NCBI GenBank assembly: GCA_977020255.1
Contig: CDROCS010000186.1
Coordinates: forward strand, 62,001-126,000
DNA: 64,000 nt
From: Obrimoposthia wandeli
Lineage: Eukaryota
Direction of reading: 5' to 3'
Part shown: positions 63,580 to 64,000 of the stretch, piece by piece
How positions within the stretch are numbered: position 1 is the stretch's first letter
Layout of the letters: every line of letters begins with the position of its first letter
Made by a program: the position numbers and the translations under genes
Notes under the pieces: model-generated
Told to the model about the DNA's origin: nothing
The model's database searches: none
Seen by the model: only the letters and a program-made list of their open reading frames with translations

Positions 63580-64000
63580 GAGAGCGAGACATTCGTACAT
63601 CGCCAAGCAAGTCTGTGACCTATATCAGAGTGAGACATTCGTACATCGCCAAGCTAGTCTGTGACCTATATGAGAGCGAGACATTCGTACATCACCAAGC
63701 TAGTCTGTGACCTATATGAGAGCGAGACATCCGTACATCGCAGAGCTAGTCTGTGACCTATATGAGAGCGAGACATTCGTACACCGCCAAGCTAGTTTGT
63801 AACCTATATGAGAGCGAGACATCCGTACATCGCCAAGCTAGTCTGTGACATATATGAGAGCGAGACATTCGTACATCGCAGAGCTAGTCTGTGACCTATA
63901 TCAGAGCGAGACATTCGTACATCGCCAAGCTAGTCTGTGACCTATATGAGAGCGAGACATCCGTACATCGCAGAGCTAGTCTGTGACATATATGAGAGCG
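63580..64000. repeat. 46-bp tandem repeat, >=9 copies, running off the window
   Basis: Unit GAGAGCGAGACATTCGTACATCGCCAAGCTAGTCTGTGACCTATAT starts at 63580, 63626, 63672 and onward. Confidence 0.95.

Overview
This is AT-rich nuclear DNA from an invertebrate animal; I cannot determine the taxon. It holds two spliced host genes: the 3' eight exons of NDUFS1 (complex I 75 kDa subunit, 21360-32438, +) and a complete but divergent UBE2E/UBE2D-like E2 enzyme (38470-41139, +). Most of the rest is mobile DNA. (i) A decayed Maverick/Polinton (adintovirus-like) element at ~8.6-18.6 kb encodes pPolB, adenain-like protease, truncated major capsid, minor capsid, integrase, a BIR+RING IAP and a TBP-like fragment. 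(ii) Three more related pPolB pieces are present. The near-complete one (52112-56005) stands alone between tandem arrays and carries two predicted 42-44 nt GT-AG introns. (iii) A BEL/Pao retrotransposon has its gag directly preceded by a ubiquitin/NEDD8-like domain, with an alpha-spectrin fragment upstream. (iv) Two ~1.85 kb TG..CA solo LTRs with perfect 4-bp TSDs share both ends but carry different internal tandem arrays, one of them a palindrome-spacer array with compensatory changes. (v) There are also Gypsy, hAT/Buster, Tigger and Tc1-like remnants. All calls come from manual translation and motif recognition, with no database searches. Boundaries of degenerate elements are approximate.
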